Below are positions 43,858-53,686 of a stretch of DNA of 64,000 bases, piece after piece (within the stretch, counting starts at the first letter, position 1; each line of letters begins with the position of its first letter). The stretch comes from Gemmatimonadota bacterium (GTDB lineage: Bacteria; Gemmatimonadota; Gemmatimonadetes; Palauibacterales; Palauibacteraceae). Below the pieces are notes generated by a model that had not been told where the DNA came from, made no database searches, and worked only from the letters and a program-made list of their open reading frames with translations. The stretch spans positions 704,001 through 768,000 of the forward strand of contig OZ220691.1 in NCBI GenBank assembly GCA_965116475.1, in the 5' to 3' direction. Position numbers and translations under genes: made by a program.

Positions 43858-45987
43858 TCAGCCTACATGGTAGAGCGCCTCGCGCCGGGCGTAGCGGAGA
43901 TCGAGTTCGTGGCGGAACCGGCGGTGGACCGGCTTCGAAAGCCCGGGGTCCGCGTCGACGATGGCGCGGGCCCGCCGGCGCGCGGCTTCCAGCAGGTCGA
44001 AGTCGCGGTCCAGCTGCGCGAACTTCAGGAGGACGGCGCCGTGCTGCTCCTTGCCGAAGAGGTCGCCCTGGCCGCGGATCCGGAGGTCTTCCTCGGCGAG
44101 TTCGAAGCCGTCGGTCTTCTGCTCGAAGGCGATGAGCCGCTCCGACGGTGTCTCGGAGGTGTGGAAGACGATGCAGTAGGACTGCTCGGCGCCCCGCCCG
44201 ACGCGTCCCCGCAGCTGATGGAGCTGGGCGAGGCCGAAACGCTCGGCGTCCTCGATGATCATCACGGTCGCGTTGGGGACGTCGATGCCCACCTCGATGA
44301 CGGTGGTCGCGACGAGGAGGCCGGTGTCGCCCGCGAGGAAGCTCCGCATCGTCTCGTCCTTCTCCGCGGAGGAGAGGCGGCCGTGCAGGAGCCGCACGGC
44401 GACGTCGGGGAAACGGGCCTCGAGCTGCTCGAACATGACCGTGGCGGCGCGCGCCTCGAGGGCCTCGGACTCCTCGACGAGAGGGTAGATGACGTACGCC
44501 TGGCGGCCCGCCGCGAGCTGGTCGCCGAGGAAGTCGAACGCGGCATCGCGGCTCTCGGGGCCGCGCACGGCGGTCCGGATCGGCCGGCGGCCGGGGGGCA
44601 GTTCGTCGATGATCGAGAGGTCGAGGTCGCCGTAGAGGACGAGGGCGAGGCTGCGCGGGATCGGCGTCGCCGACATCACGAGGGCGTCCGGGGCCTCGCC
44701 GCTCTCCCGGAGCCGGCGGCGCTGTTCGACGCCGAAGCGGTGCTGTTCGTCGATGACGACGAGCCCCGGGGCCGCGAAGTCGACGCCTGCCTGGATCAGG
44801 GCGTGCGTCCCGACGACGAGACGGGCGTCGCCGGCCGCGATCCCCTCCAGGGCCTGCCGTCGCGCCTTCCCGGTGACGGCGCCGGTCAGGAGCACGGGCT
44901 CCACGCCGAGCGGGCCGAGCATCTCCTCGAAGGTGCGGCGGTGCTGCTCCGCCAGCAGTTCCGTCGGGGCCATGATCGCCGCCTGCCTGCCCGCTTCGAT
45001 CGCCTTGAGCATGGCGAGCGCGGCCACGACCGTCTTCCCGCTCCCGACATCCCCCTGCAGCAGTCGGTTCATCGGCGACGGCCGGGCCATGTCGGCCTCG
45101 ATCTCGGACCAGGCGCGGCGCTGGGCCGCGGTGAGTTCGAAGGGGAGGGCCTTCAGGAGCGAGCGGGTGAGCGCGGGCGGGCTGTCGAAGGCGATGCCGC
45201 GGACCTCGTGGCGGAGACGCGCCCGGGCTCGGGCGTGGAGAAGCTGGAGGAAGAAGAGTTCCTCGAAGGCGAGGCGCCGCTGGCAGGGCTCCACCCGGGC
45301 GACGGCGGGGGGACGATGCAGCGTGCGCAGCGCCTCGGCGAGCGGGGGAAGGGAGAGTTCCCCGAGCCAGTCGTCCGGAATCGGATCCTCGTCCCCGAGG
45401 TCGGAGAGGAGACGGGCGAGGTTCAGGTGGATGACGGCGCGGATCTGCCGGTGCGTGAGCCCTTCGGTGGCCGGATAGACGGGGAACACGCGCCCCGCGG
45501 CGGGCCGCTCCCCGGAGGGCGCGGAGCGTTCGGCGGGCCTCTCTCCGGAGTCCCCTCGCTCGTCGGAGGCGCGGGACAGCACGATGTGCTCGCGCGGCTG
45601 GAGTTGCCGGCCGTGATAGAAGCGCACGGGACCCGAGGCGAGCAGCAGGTCGCCCTTGTCGATCGTGCGGTCGAGCCACGGGCGCCCCGGCCAGGCGCAC
45701 TCGATGTGGCCGCTGTCGTCGCGGAGCACGGCCCGGAAGACGCGCAGCCGGCGGCGCGTGGGGATGACGCCCTTCGAGACGACGCGCCCAATGACCGTCG
45801 CGTCCTGGCCGACCTTCAACCCGGAGATCGCGTCGACCGTGGTCGCGTCTTCATACCGGTACGGAAGGTGGTAGAGCAGGTCCTGCCCCGTGTGAACGTC
45901 GAGTTTCGCGAAGCGCTCCGCCCGCCGGGGGCCCACGCCCTTCAGGTACTGCACGGATCCCCGCAGGATGGAGCGCCCCGCCGTCAC
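43858..45987 (-). CDS. recG: ATP-dependent DNA helicase RecG
   Basis: LLQGDVGSGKT, DEQHRFG, MSATPIPR, QLHQLRGRVGRG. Confidence 0.97.
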   Translation of the reverse strand: MTAGRSILRGSVQYLKGVGPRRAERFAKLDVHTGQDLLYHLPYRYEDATTVDAISGLKVGQDATVIGRVVSKGVIPTRRRLRVFRAVLRDDSGHIECAWPGRPWLDRTIDKGDLLLASGPVRFYHGRQLQPREHIVLSRASDERGDSGERPAERSAPSGERPAAGRVFPVYPATEGLTHRQIRAVIHLNLARLLSDLGDEDPIPDDWLGELSLPPLAEALRTLHRPPAVARVEPCQRRLAFEELFFLQLLHARARARLRHEVRGIAFDSPPALTRSLLKALPFELTAAQRRAWSEIEADMARPSPMNRLLQGDVGSGKTVVAALAMLKAIEAGRQAAIMAPTELLAEQHRRTFEEMLGPLGVEPVLLTGAVTGKARRQALEGIAAGDARLVVGTHALIQAGVDFAAPGLVVIDEQHRFGVEQRRRLRESGEAPDALVMSATPIPRSLALVLYGDLDLSIIDELPPGRRPIRTAVRGPESRDAAFDFLGDQLAAGRQAYVIYPLVEESEALEARAATVMFEQLEARFPDVAVRLLHGRLSSAEKDETMRSFLAGDTGLLVATTVIEVGIDVPNATVMIIEDAERFGLAQLHQLRGRVGRGAEQSYCIVFHTSETPSERLIAFEQKTDGFELAEEDLRIRGQGDLFGKEQHGAVLLKFAQLDRDFDLLEAARRRARAIVDADPGLSKPVHRRFRHELDLRYARREALYHVG

Positions 45988-45991
45988 CGGA

Positions 45992-46930
45992 TCACGGCTC
46001 CGGGGCGAGAATCTTGTCGAGATACCGGTCGGGCGAGAACGCCTCGAGGTCCTCCGGTGACTCCCCCACGCCGAGGAAGCGAACCGGCACGGAGAGTTCG
46101 CGCACGACGGAGACGACGGTGCCGGCGCGCGCCGTGCTGTCGAACTTCGCGAGCACGAGGCCCGTGAGGTCGAGCGACGTCCCGAACTGTCGCGCCTGGT
46201 TCATCACGTTCTGTCCGGAGGTGGCATCGACGACCAGCAGCCGCTCGTACGGCGCGCCCTCGACCTGTCGGCCGAGCACTCGATCGATCTTGACCAGTTC
46301 GCGCATCAGATCGTCCTGCGTATGGAGCCGGCCGGCCGTGTCGACCAGCACCCAGGCGGCATCCCGCGCGCGCGCCGCGGCCACCGCGTCGAACGCCACC
46401 GAGGCCGGGTCCGCTCCGGGCGTTCCCCCGACGAAATCGGTCTGCAGCCGCTCCGCCCACGCCCGGAGCTGCTCCTGCGCCCCCGCCCGGAACGTGTCCG
46501 CCGCCGCGAGCAGCACGCGGTCGCCTCCGGCCTGCAGGCGCGCGGCGAGCTTCGCCGCGGTCGTCGTCTTCCCCACCCCGTTCACGCCCACGAGAAGGAG
46601 GACCCCCGGGACCCCCGGCCCGTCGCCGCGCGAAGGCGCGTCGGCGGACGACGACCCCGCGGCGGCCAGGGTCTCGGCGAGCCGGGCCCTCAGCGTGTCG
46701 CGCAGGTCGGCTTCCGTCGCGATGGCGCCGCGGCTCGCCGCCCGCTCCAGCGTCTCGACGAGTTCGAGCGTGGTGTCGACTCCGAAGTCCGCTTCGAGCA
46801 GGACCTCCTCCAGGCGCTCGATGGCGCCGCCGTCGAGCCCGCCGTCGACGAGCGTGTTCACGTCGGTCAGCGCGAAGTCGACGATCCGCCGCCACAGGCC
46901 GCGTTTCGGGCGGCGGAGCGTGCCGGTCAC
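45992..46930 (-). CDS. ftsY: SRP receptor FtsY (short form, NG domain only)
   Basis: GVNGVGKTTT, DTFRAGA, DTAGRL, GVGE..EDL. Confidence 0.95.
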   Translation of the reverse strand: MTGTLRRPKRGLWRRIVDFALTDVNTLVDGGLDGGAIERLEEVLLEADFGVDTTLELVETLERAASRGAIATEADLRDTLRARLAETLAAAGSSSADAPSRGDGPGVPGVLLLVGVNGVGKTTTAAKLAARLQAGGDRVLLAAADTFRAGAQEQLRAWAERLQTDFVGGTPGADPASVAFDAVAAARARDAAWVLVDTAGRLHTQDDLMRELVKIDRVLGRQVEGAPYERLLVVDATSGQNVMNQARQFGTSLDLTGLVLAKFDSTARAGTVVSVVRELSVPVRFLGVGESPEDLEAFSPDRYLDKILAPEP

Positions 46931-48900
46931 CGGAGTCCGATCCGGTGCCGCCACACCCACTCCCCGCACAGCAGCAGCACGGCGAGCAGGAACGGCCACA
47001 CGGGCCGGGGTGACCGGACTTCGACCGGCGCTCGAGAGGAGGGCTGGGCACCGATGGCCAGCGGTTCGGACGGCGGCCCGGGGAGAAACTCGCGGGGATC
47101 GGGTTCGACATCGACGGGCCGGCGGAGTTCGACGGGTCCCTCGGGACCGGTCGCCGTCACGAGCACCTCGTAGCGGCCCGCGGGGAGACCGGCGCCCACG
47201 ACCTCGGCCGGAGGATCCGCGATGGACTCGCTCCAGACCTCCGCGCCCGCCTCATCGAGCACCTGGATCGTGAGATCGGAAGATCCGGGACGGATGCGCC
47301 ACACCGGCGGCTCACCGGGCGCCGGCGGCCGCACGAGCGAGGCGAGCCGGGGCGTCGCGTCCTCGACGAGCCAGCCGACGATGCCGCTGAACACGCCCTC
47401 GTAGACTCTGCGCGGCTCGTTCCCCCGCAGCGACCAGCGCCACCAGTCGGAGGCCGCGGCCAGCGCCCACCTGCGCGTCCCGTCTTCGCCCGCCGTGAGG
47501 AGCGGCCGTCCCTCTCCGCGCCGGTTCCGGCTCGCGTCGATCACCGACCACGTCCCCGCGGGCTCCACGGCGTAGAGTTCGCGAACGGGGGGCAGGAGAT
47601 CCAGATCGGCCTCGGCGAGGAGCGCCGCCGAGGGGCTCGCGGGCACCGGCCCGCCGGGGTACCACTCGCCGGGCAGGGGACCCGTCAGGCGCATCCCCAC
47701 GCCCGGCACATCACCCGGCCCTCCGGCGAAGAAGAGCGTCCGCGCGTGCGTCCTCAGCGCGCCGGCCAGCCAGGGCGGGAGGTCGTCCGGCGCGGCCTGG
47801 ACCGCCAGCAGCCTCGCGCCCCGTACCGCTTCGCGTACCCGGGCGGCTTCGACCACGCGAGGACCCGCGCCCATCTCGAGAAAACGGTCGTCGGCCAGGC
47901 GCAGATAGCCGCGCGCGCCTCCCAGCACGAGCCGGTCGAGGGCAGGCACGAGGAAACGCGCTTCCCAGTCGGGCGCCAGCGACACGAGCACGGCCCCGGC
48001 GGAGGACTCCGAGACCTCGATCCAGGCGCCCGTCCGGCCGGAGACGCCGAACGGGTCCGGCGGATCGGTGAGCACCGCTTCGTAGCGTCGCCAAACGGGC
48101 CCGGCGCCTTCGTCGCGGGGCACGAAGGCGATTTGAGCGCGGCCCGTCCGCCCGGGAGCCGGGCGGGGCGCGCGCACGGTCGCGACGACCGTTCCTTCCC
48201 GCTCGAGCTCGAAGCTCACGCTGTCGGGCAGTCCGCCCCCGCCGCCCGGGCCCCCGCCAGCGTGAAACTCGAGGGTGGCGCGGACGGTATCGCCGGCCCG
48301 GGCCCGCTCCGGCGCCCGCAGCGCCGCGAGCGCTACGCGGGGTCCGATGGCGGCGACGCGGAGTTCGCGCACGCCGAGCCCCAGACCCGCAGCCGTCTCA
48401 CGGGCGGCGTCGCGGTCCGTCCACTCACCGTCGGTGAGCACCCAGACGCTGTCGGCCCCGCCGAGCCGCGCGGCCTGCAGGGCCGGCTCGAGCCGGCTCG
48501 CATCGTGCGTCGCGCCGAGCGCGTCCAGCGCGTCGAGCGAATCGAGCCGGGCGGGGACGGGGCGGTCGCCGAACAGGTAGACCCGGTCGGGGGCGAGTCC
48601 GGGAAGAAGGGCCAGGGCGGAGTCGAGCCGCGTCGCCCGCGTCGCCCCACCGGCATCTCCGGCGCGGACCGGCAGCGTCATGCTGCGCGAGATGTCGAGG
48701 AGCACGACGCGTTCGGGCGCCCCGACGCCACTGTCGCGCAACGCGGGCAGCGCGAGCGCGCCGAGAATCAGGAAGACGGCCGTCGCACGAACGGCGGCGG
48801 GACCGGCGCGCCCCGCGACGCGCTCCTCGCGCGCGCCGTAGGCCCAGCCGGCGATCGCGACCGCGCCAAGCGCGACCAGAAACCAGAGGCCCGGGCTCAA
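46927..48900 (-). CDS. Membrane protein with vWA-like domain
   Basis: N-terminal TMs, LLDISRSM MIDAS-like motif, VLTDG, C-terminal LLCGEWVWRHRIGL; TTG start overlapping the M23 stop. Confidence 0.75.
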   Translation of the reverse strand: MSPGLWFLVALGAVAIAGWAYGAREERVAGRAGPAAVRATAVFLILGALALPALRDSGVGAPERVVLLDISRSMTLPVRAGDAGGATRATRLDSALALLPGLAPDRVYLFGDRPVPARLDSLDALDALGATHDASRLEPALQAARLGGADSVWVLTDGEWTDRDAARETAAGLGLGVRELRVAAIGPRVALAALRAPERARAGDTVRATLEFHAGGGPGGGGGLPDSVSFELEREGTVVATVRAPRPAPGRTGRAQIAFVPRDEGAGPVWRRYEAVLTDPPDPFGVSGRTGAWIEVSESSAGAVLVSLAPDWEARFLVPALDRLVLGGARGYLRLADDRFLEMGAGPRVVEAARVREAVRGARLLAVQAAPDDLPPWLAGALRTHARTLFFAGGPGDVPGVGMRLTGPLPGEWYPGGPVPASPSAALLAEADLDLLPPVRELYAVEPAGTWSVIDASRNRRGEGRPLLTAGEDGTRRWALAAASDWWRWSLRGNEPRRVYEGVFSGIVGWLVEDATPRLASLVRPPAPGEPPVWRIRPGSSDLTIQVLDEAGAEVWSESIADPPAEVVGAGLPAGRYEVLVTATGPEGPVELRRPVDVEPDPREFLPGPPSEPLAIGAQPSSRAPVEVRSPRPVWPFLLAVLLLCGEWVWRHRIGLR

Positions 48901-50177
48901 TCCTGGGTGCGGCGAGCGCGCTGCGTGGGATCGATCGGCATCGCAAGGCTTCGCAGCCGCGACAGCACGGCGTGCCGAAGCGTCGCAAACCGCTCGCGCA
49001 ACTCGGCGGGGACCGGCTCGGCCCTGGGCAACTGCAGACGCGCCGGGTTCACCTGCGCGCCATTGCGGAGAAACTCGTAGTGAAGGTGAGGCGCGGTCGC
49101 GAGACCGGTGTCGCCCACGTACCCGATGACCTGCCCCTGTTCGACCTGCGTCCCGGCCGCGACGCCGCGCGCGACGTTGGTCAGGTGCGCATACCGCGTG
49201 CGGATATTGTTCGCATGGCGAATCTCGACGGCATTCCCGTAGTTCCCCCACCACCCTGCCCGGCTCACGCGTCCGGCGCCCGTCGCGCGCACGGGCGTGC
49301 CCCTCACCGCCCCGTAGTCGACGCCGAGGTGCGGTCGGGTACGCCGGAGCACCGGGTGGAACCGCCTGAGGTTGAAGCCGCTCGTCACGCGGACGATGTC
49401 CAGAGGCGCAAGCAGGAACTGGCCCCGGAGGGCTTCGCCCGCTTCGTCGTAGTACTCCACGCGCTCGGCCGCGGCATGCTCGAATCGCACCCCGGTGAGG
49501 ACCCGCCGGTCGTTACGGAAGTCCGCGGCCAGTACCCTGGCGTCCCGCACGGATCCGTCCGGCCGCACTTCGCGCTCGATGAGAAGCCGGTATGCATCGT
49601 TCCGTCGCAGATCGCGCCAGAAGTCGATCTGCCATGCGAAGACCTGCGAGAGCCGGTACGCCACGTCGAAGCGTTCCGCGTCGCCCAGCGTCTCCACGTC
49701 GCCCGACAACTCCGCGTCGAACAGGTTCGACCGGATGAGGCCGGCGAGGAGGAGCGTGTCTCTTACGACCTGTACCGAATCCAGCCGGGCCGACCACAGC
49801 GGCGCGGCTTCGCCGTTGGACCAGAGATGGAGCATGCGGTCGGCGTCGAGGTCGACGCGGATGCGCGCCGGAGACTCGCCCGGCCTGCGCACGAAATGGA
49901 TCGCGACGCCGGGCCGCAGCCGGCGCGGACTCTCGAATTCGCCCATCGCCTCCGCGATCGCGTGCGTCGCGGCGGGACCCAGGCCGTGGTCCTCGAACAC
50001 ATCCCCCAGCGTCTCGCCCCGCCGCAGACGATGCACGAGCGAGACGGGCGCCGGCGGCGTCGGCACGTCGACAACCTTGACGTCGGGCCGCTCGGCCCGG
50101 GAGCCGAACACGGCCCAGCCGAGGATCAGAATCCCGGCAAGGGCGAACCCAACCGCAATAGAGAGTCTTGTTCTCAA
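48897..50177 (-). CDS. M23 family peptidoglycan DD-metalloendopeptidase (MepM-like)
   Basis: HLGVD, YAHL, TGLATAPHLHYE. Confidence 0.92.
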   Translation of the reverse strand: MRTRLSIAVGFALAGILILGWAVFGSRAERPDVKVVDVPTPPAPVSLVHRLRRGETLGDVFEDHGLGPAATHAIAEAMGEFESPRRLRPGVAIHFVRRPGESPARIRVDLDADRMLHLWSNGEAAPLWSARLDSVQVVRDTLLLAGLIRSNLFDAELSGDVETLGDAERFDVAYRLSQVFAWQIDFWRDLRRNDAYRLLIEREVRPDGSVRDARVLAADFRNDRRVLTGVRFEHAAAERVEYYDEAGEALRGQFLLAPLDIVRVTSGFNLRRFHPVLRRTRPHLGVDYGAVRGTPVRATGAGRVSRAGWWGNYGNAVEIRHANNIRTRYAHLTNVARGVAAGTQVEQGQVIGYVGDTGLATAPHLHYEFLRNGAQVNPARLQLPRAEPVPAELRERFATLRHAVLSRLRSLAMPIDPTQRARRTQD

Positions 50178-50180
50178 ACG

Positions 50181-50220
50181 CTCAGTCCACCTGTCTCAGT
50201 CCACCTGTGTCAGTCCATCT
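50181..50220. repeat. 14-bp tandem repeat, about 3 copies (CTCAGTCCACCTGT), containing the ftsZ stop
   Basis: ctcagtccacctgt ctcagtccacctgt gtcagtccatct. Confidence 0.85.
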
Positions 50221-51682
50221 GCCGCCGTATGAAGGTCGGGATCTCGAGATCCTCGAACTCGACGCGGTCATCGGTCCACGACTCGCTGTCCGGCACTTCC
50301 GGCTCCACGTCCGGCGTCACCTCTTCGTACACCGGCGGCTCGGCGGGTTCCGGCTCCGGTTCCTCGGCCAGTGCCGGCGCCGGTTCCGGCGCGGCTTCGC
50401 TTGCCGCCTCGGGCGCCGGCTCCGACACCGGCTCGGACGCCGGCTCCGACACCGGCTCGGACGCCGGTTCGGACGTCGACCCAGGCGTCGGTTCCTCCGC
50501 CGCCAGCGCCTCGAACGCGATGCCCGCCCGCTTCACTTCCGGGGGGGCCGCGGCGGGCTCGGGCTCCGGCGGCGCGACCGGAGCGGAGCGGTCGCCGACC
50601 ACGCTCGGACCGCCGTACTTCGAGCCGATGACCACCGGGGTCACCGGGGTCGCGCGAGGCCGCGGCGGCGCCGTGCTCGCGGGAATCACCCTCTCGGCCA
50701 CCGGCGCCGGCTCGTCTCCCTCCATGTCTCCAAAGCCGGTCGCGATCACGGTCACGCGGAGCTTGCCCTCGAGTTGAGGGTCGTGGACGACGCCGAAGAT
50801 CATCTCGCCCTCGTCCCCCGCCGCCTCCTGAATGATCGAGTTGGCCGTCGTGACTTCATCGATCGTCAGGTCGGGACCGCCGCTGATGTTGATGAGGACA
50901 CCCGTGGCGCCGTTGATGGATACGTTGTCGAGGAGGGGCGAGCAAATGGCCTGCTGCGCCGCCTCCACCGCGCGATCCTCGCCCGTTGCGGTGCCGGTTC
51001 CCATGAGGGCGGCCCCGCGGTTCGACATCACGGTACGCACGTCGGCGAAATCCACGTTCACTTCGCCGGTCACGGAGATCAGATCCGAGATTCCCTGGGT
51101 CGCCTGCAGGAGCACCTCGTCCGCTTTCTTGAGCGCCTGGCGGAAAGTCATCTCCTTCCCTACGACCGCGAGCAGGCGCTCGTTCGGTACGACGATCATC
51201 GTGTCCACGGCGCGCCGCAGCTCCCGCAACCCGATCTCCGCGTACCGCATCCGCTTCTTGCCCTCGAAGTGGAAGGGGCGGGTCACGATCGCGATGCAGA
51301 GCGACCCCATTTCCCGCGCCATGCCGCCGATGATCGGGGCCGCGCCCGTGCCGGTGCCTCCGCCCATTCCCGCCGTGACGAAGACGAGATCCGCGCCGGC
51401 GATCACGGATCGAATCTCGTCGGCACTCTCGGACATCGCCTGCCGTCCGATCTCGGGGCGGGCGCCGGCCCCGAGGCCTCGCGTGAGTTCCTTCCCGATC
51501 TGGACCCTCAGGTGGGCGCCGGATTCCTTCAACGCCTGCGCATCGGTGTTGACCGCGATGAACTCCACGCCTTCGAGTTCCTCATCGATCATGCGGTTGA
51601 CCGCGTTGCCGCCGGCGCCACCCACGCCGACGACCTTCATTTTCGCGTTACGCACGCCGTTTTCGTCGAATGCAAAGACCAT
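50210..51682 (-). CDS. ftsZ: Cell division protein FtsZ
   Basis: GVGGAGGNA, GMGGGTGTG, NVDFAD, C-terminal DLEIPTFIRRQMD. Confidence 0.98.
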   Translation of the reverse strand: MVFAFDENGVRNAKMKVVGVGGAGGNAVNRMIDEELEGVEFIAVNTDAQALKESGAHLRVQIGKELTRGLGAGARPEIGRQAMSESADEIRSVIAGADLVFVTAGMGGGTGTGAAPIIGGMAREMGSLCIAIVTRPFHFEGKKRMRYAEIGLRELRRAVDTMIVVPNERLLAVVGKEMTFRQALKKADEVLLQATQGISDLISVTGEVNVDFADVRTVMSNRGAALMGTGTATGEDRAVEAAQQAICSPLLDNVSINGATGVLINISGGPDLTIDEVTTANSIIQEAAGDEGEMIFGVVHDPQLEGKLRVTVIATGFGDMEGDEPAPVAERVIPASTAPPRPRATPVTPVVIGSKYGGPSVVGDRSAPVAPPEPEPAAAPPEVKRAGIAFEALAAEEPTPGSTSEPASEPVSEPASEPVSEPAPEAASEAAPEPAPALAEEPEPEPAEPPVYEEVTPDVEPEVPDSESWTDDRVEFEDLEIPTFIRRQMD

Positions 51683-51698
51683 GTGTCCCCTCCTCCCG

Positions 51699-52925
51699 TC
51701 AGAAAAACTCCCGTAGCCACCCGCCGACCCTTGCGAAGGCGCGGGTCGCTCCCACCAACCCTCCGGCCGAGACCCGCGACGCACCGTACAGCACCAACCC
51801 CGTGGCGGTGCTGTAGGACGGACGCGCGAGGCCTTCCGCCATGCCCGTGAGGCCGAGTGAAGGAATGCCGGTGCGAACCGGCAGATTGAAGACCGAGCGC
51901 GCCAAGTCTTCCGTGTGGGCGAGCGACACGCCGCCGCCGCTCAACACGATTCCCGCCTCGAGTCCGCGTAGCGTTCCGCTCGTCTCCAGTTCCTCGTACA
52001 CCAGTCCGAGAATCTCGTCCAGCCGTTGTTCGATAATGTGCAGCAGCAGCTCGCGCGACACACGTCGAGCGCGCCCGTGGCGAGCCCCGGAGACGTCGAG
52101 CAGCTCCTGCGAGTCGGCCCGGTCGCGCAGCGCTCCGCCGTGTCGCTCCTTGAGTTGCGCGGCCTCTTCTTCGTGCACGCCGAGGCCGCGCGCGATATCC
52201 CGCGTCACGATCGATCCGCCCCACGGCAGCGTCGCGGCGTGAAGCAGGCGGTGTCCTCCGTATACGAGCACGTCGGTCGTCGCACCCCCGATCTCGACCA
52301 GAGCCACGCCGGCTTCGCGCTCGTCATCCTCGAGCACGGCGAGCGCCGTGGCGAGCGGCGCCATGACCAGCTCGTCCGGCCGGTATCCCGCGCGGTCGAC
52401 GACCTTCGCGAGATCGTGGCAGGTCGTCACTTCCGCCGTCACGATGCAGAGGTCCGCCTCGAGACGGGTGCCGGCCATGCCCTCGGGATCCCGGATCCCG
52501 TCACGATGGTCGACCGCGTACCGCTGGGACAGGGCGTGTATCAACTCGTGCCCGGGCGGGATCGGGACGGCCCGGCCCACCTCCTGCACGCGCCTGACGT
52601 CGGCGGCCGTGACCTCCGACCCGGCGACCTGGAGTACGCCCTTCGACCGGGATGTCCGGACGCTTCCGCTCGGCACGCTCACGTAGGCGGCCTCGACTTC
52701 GCGGCCGGCCGTGGCTTCCGCCTGTCTGACGGCGGTGCGAACGGCCTGGGTCGCCGCCTCGATATTCCCGATGCCCGGACCGTTCATGCCCTCGGAACGC
52801 GTGACGCCGAGGCCGATGATCTCGAGCGGGTCGGTGGGCTTGCGGCCCGGATGCACCGCGGCGACGACCGCACAGGTTTTGGTCGACCCCACATCCACCC
52901 CGACGATGCCCGCCCCCTGAATCAT
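51699..52925 (-). CDS. ftsA: Cell division protein FtsA
   Basis: DVGSTK, EIGGATTD, VLSGGG; position in the dcw cluster. Confidence 0.95.
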   Translation of the reverse strand: MIQGAGIVGVDVGSTKTCAVVAAVHPGRKPTDPLEIIGLGVTRSEGMNGPGIGNIEAATQAVRTAVRQAEATAGREVEAAYVSVPSGSVRTSRSKGVLQVAGSEVTAADVRRVQEVGRAVPIPPGHELIHALSQRYAVDHRDGIRDPEGMAGTRLEADLCIVTAEVTTCHDLAKVVDRAGYRPDELVMAPLATALAVLEDDEREAGVALVEIGGATTDVLVYGGHRLLHAATLPWGGSIVTRDIARGLGVHEEEAAQLKERHGGALRDRADSQELLDVSGARHGRARRVSRELLLHIIEQRLDEILGLVYEELETSGTLRGLEAGIVLSGGGVSLAHTEDLARSVFNLPVRTGIPSLGLTGMAEGLARPSYSTATGLVLYGASRVSAGGLVGATRAFARVGGWLREFF

Positions 52926-53686
52926 CGCTCCTCCACGCGCGTCAGTACAACTTGGCCCCTGAAACGCGCGTCCGCACGTGCGACGCGGCGATCCTCAATC
53001 TGCCCGAGCGCGATCGATACCCGGTCGAGGGCGCGCAGCGGCCGGTCGCGCGGCAGCAGAACGACATCCGCCCCCGCGCCGGGCAGGAGCAGGAACCGGT
53101 ATCCACCCTCCGCCGCGGGCCCGACCTCGGAGACGAGGGACATGAAATCGCTCCGCGTGCGATCCATGCGCGAGAGAGCGAAGATGAGGTCCCGCATGGC
53201 CGCATCCGCCACGAAACCGCCCTCCGTCTCGACCGGACTCTGGACGATCGGCAGGTCGAGCGGCGCGGCGGACGGTTCAAGGGGCAGCACGTAGCCATCT
53301 CCGCTTACGGGACGCAGTTCGGGCGTCGCGACGAGCGCGACGGGACGCCGCTCCACGATGGCGATTTCGAGGGTGCGGAAGCTCTGTCGGCGCGCCGTGG
53401 CCTCGCGAACCATGGGATGGGCGCGGACGCGCTCCTCCCACCTCGCCGGGTCGTCCCACACCGATGCGTCCGGGGTCAGGGCGAGCGCCCGGATCTCCTC
53501 GGGCGGGATGTGATCGGTCCCGACCACGTGCAGTTCAGAAACCTGAAACGCGGGCAACGTCGTGAGGAGGCGCGGCACCCAGACCGGGACGGAGAGACCG
53601 ATCGAAGCGACCATCAGGGCGAAGAGGAGCCTGCGGCGTCCTCGGCGCGTGATGCGCACCGGACGTGACGGCGTGCGCCGGATCAT
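52922..53686 (-). CDS. ftsQ: Cell division protein FtsQ
   Basis: Basic N-terminus, one TM, POTRA, IVERRPVA, DARFRGQVV. Confidence 0.9.
   Translation of the reverse strand: MIRRTPSRPVRITRRGRRRLLFALMVASIGLSVPVWVPRLLTTLPAFQVSELHVVGTDHIPPEEIRALALTPDASVWDDPARWEERVRAHPMVREATARRQSFRTLEIAIVERRPVALVATPELRPVSGDGYVLPLEPSAAPLDLPIVQSPVETEGGFVADAAMRDLIFALSRMDRTRSDFMSLVSEVGPAAEGGYRFLLLPGAGADVVLLPRDRPLRALDRVSIALGQIEDRRVARADARFRGQVVLTRVEER

Noticed and set aside
43390-46167. 925-aa + strand ORF, and similar long ORFs at 30208..32526, 48972..50777, 56038..58407, 5869..7728 and 6104..7861
   Set aside because: Antisense or off-frame shadows of well-supported genes. Expected in high-GC DNA, with no recognisable motifs.
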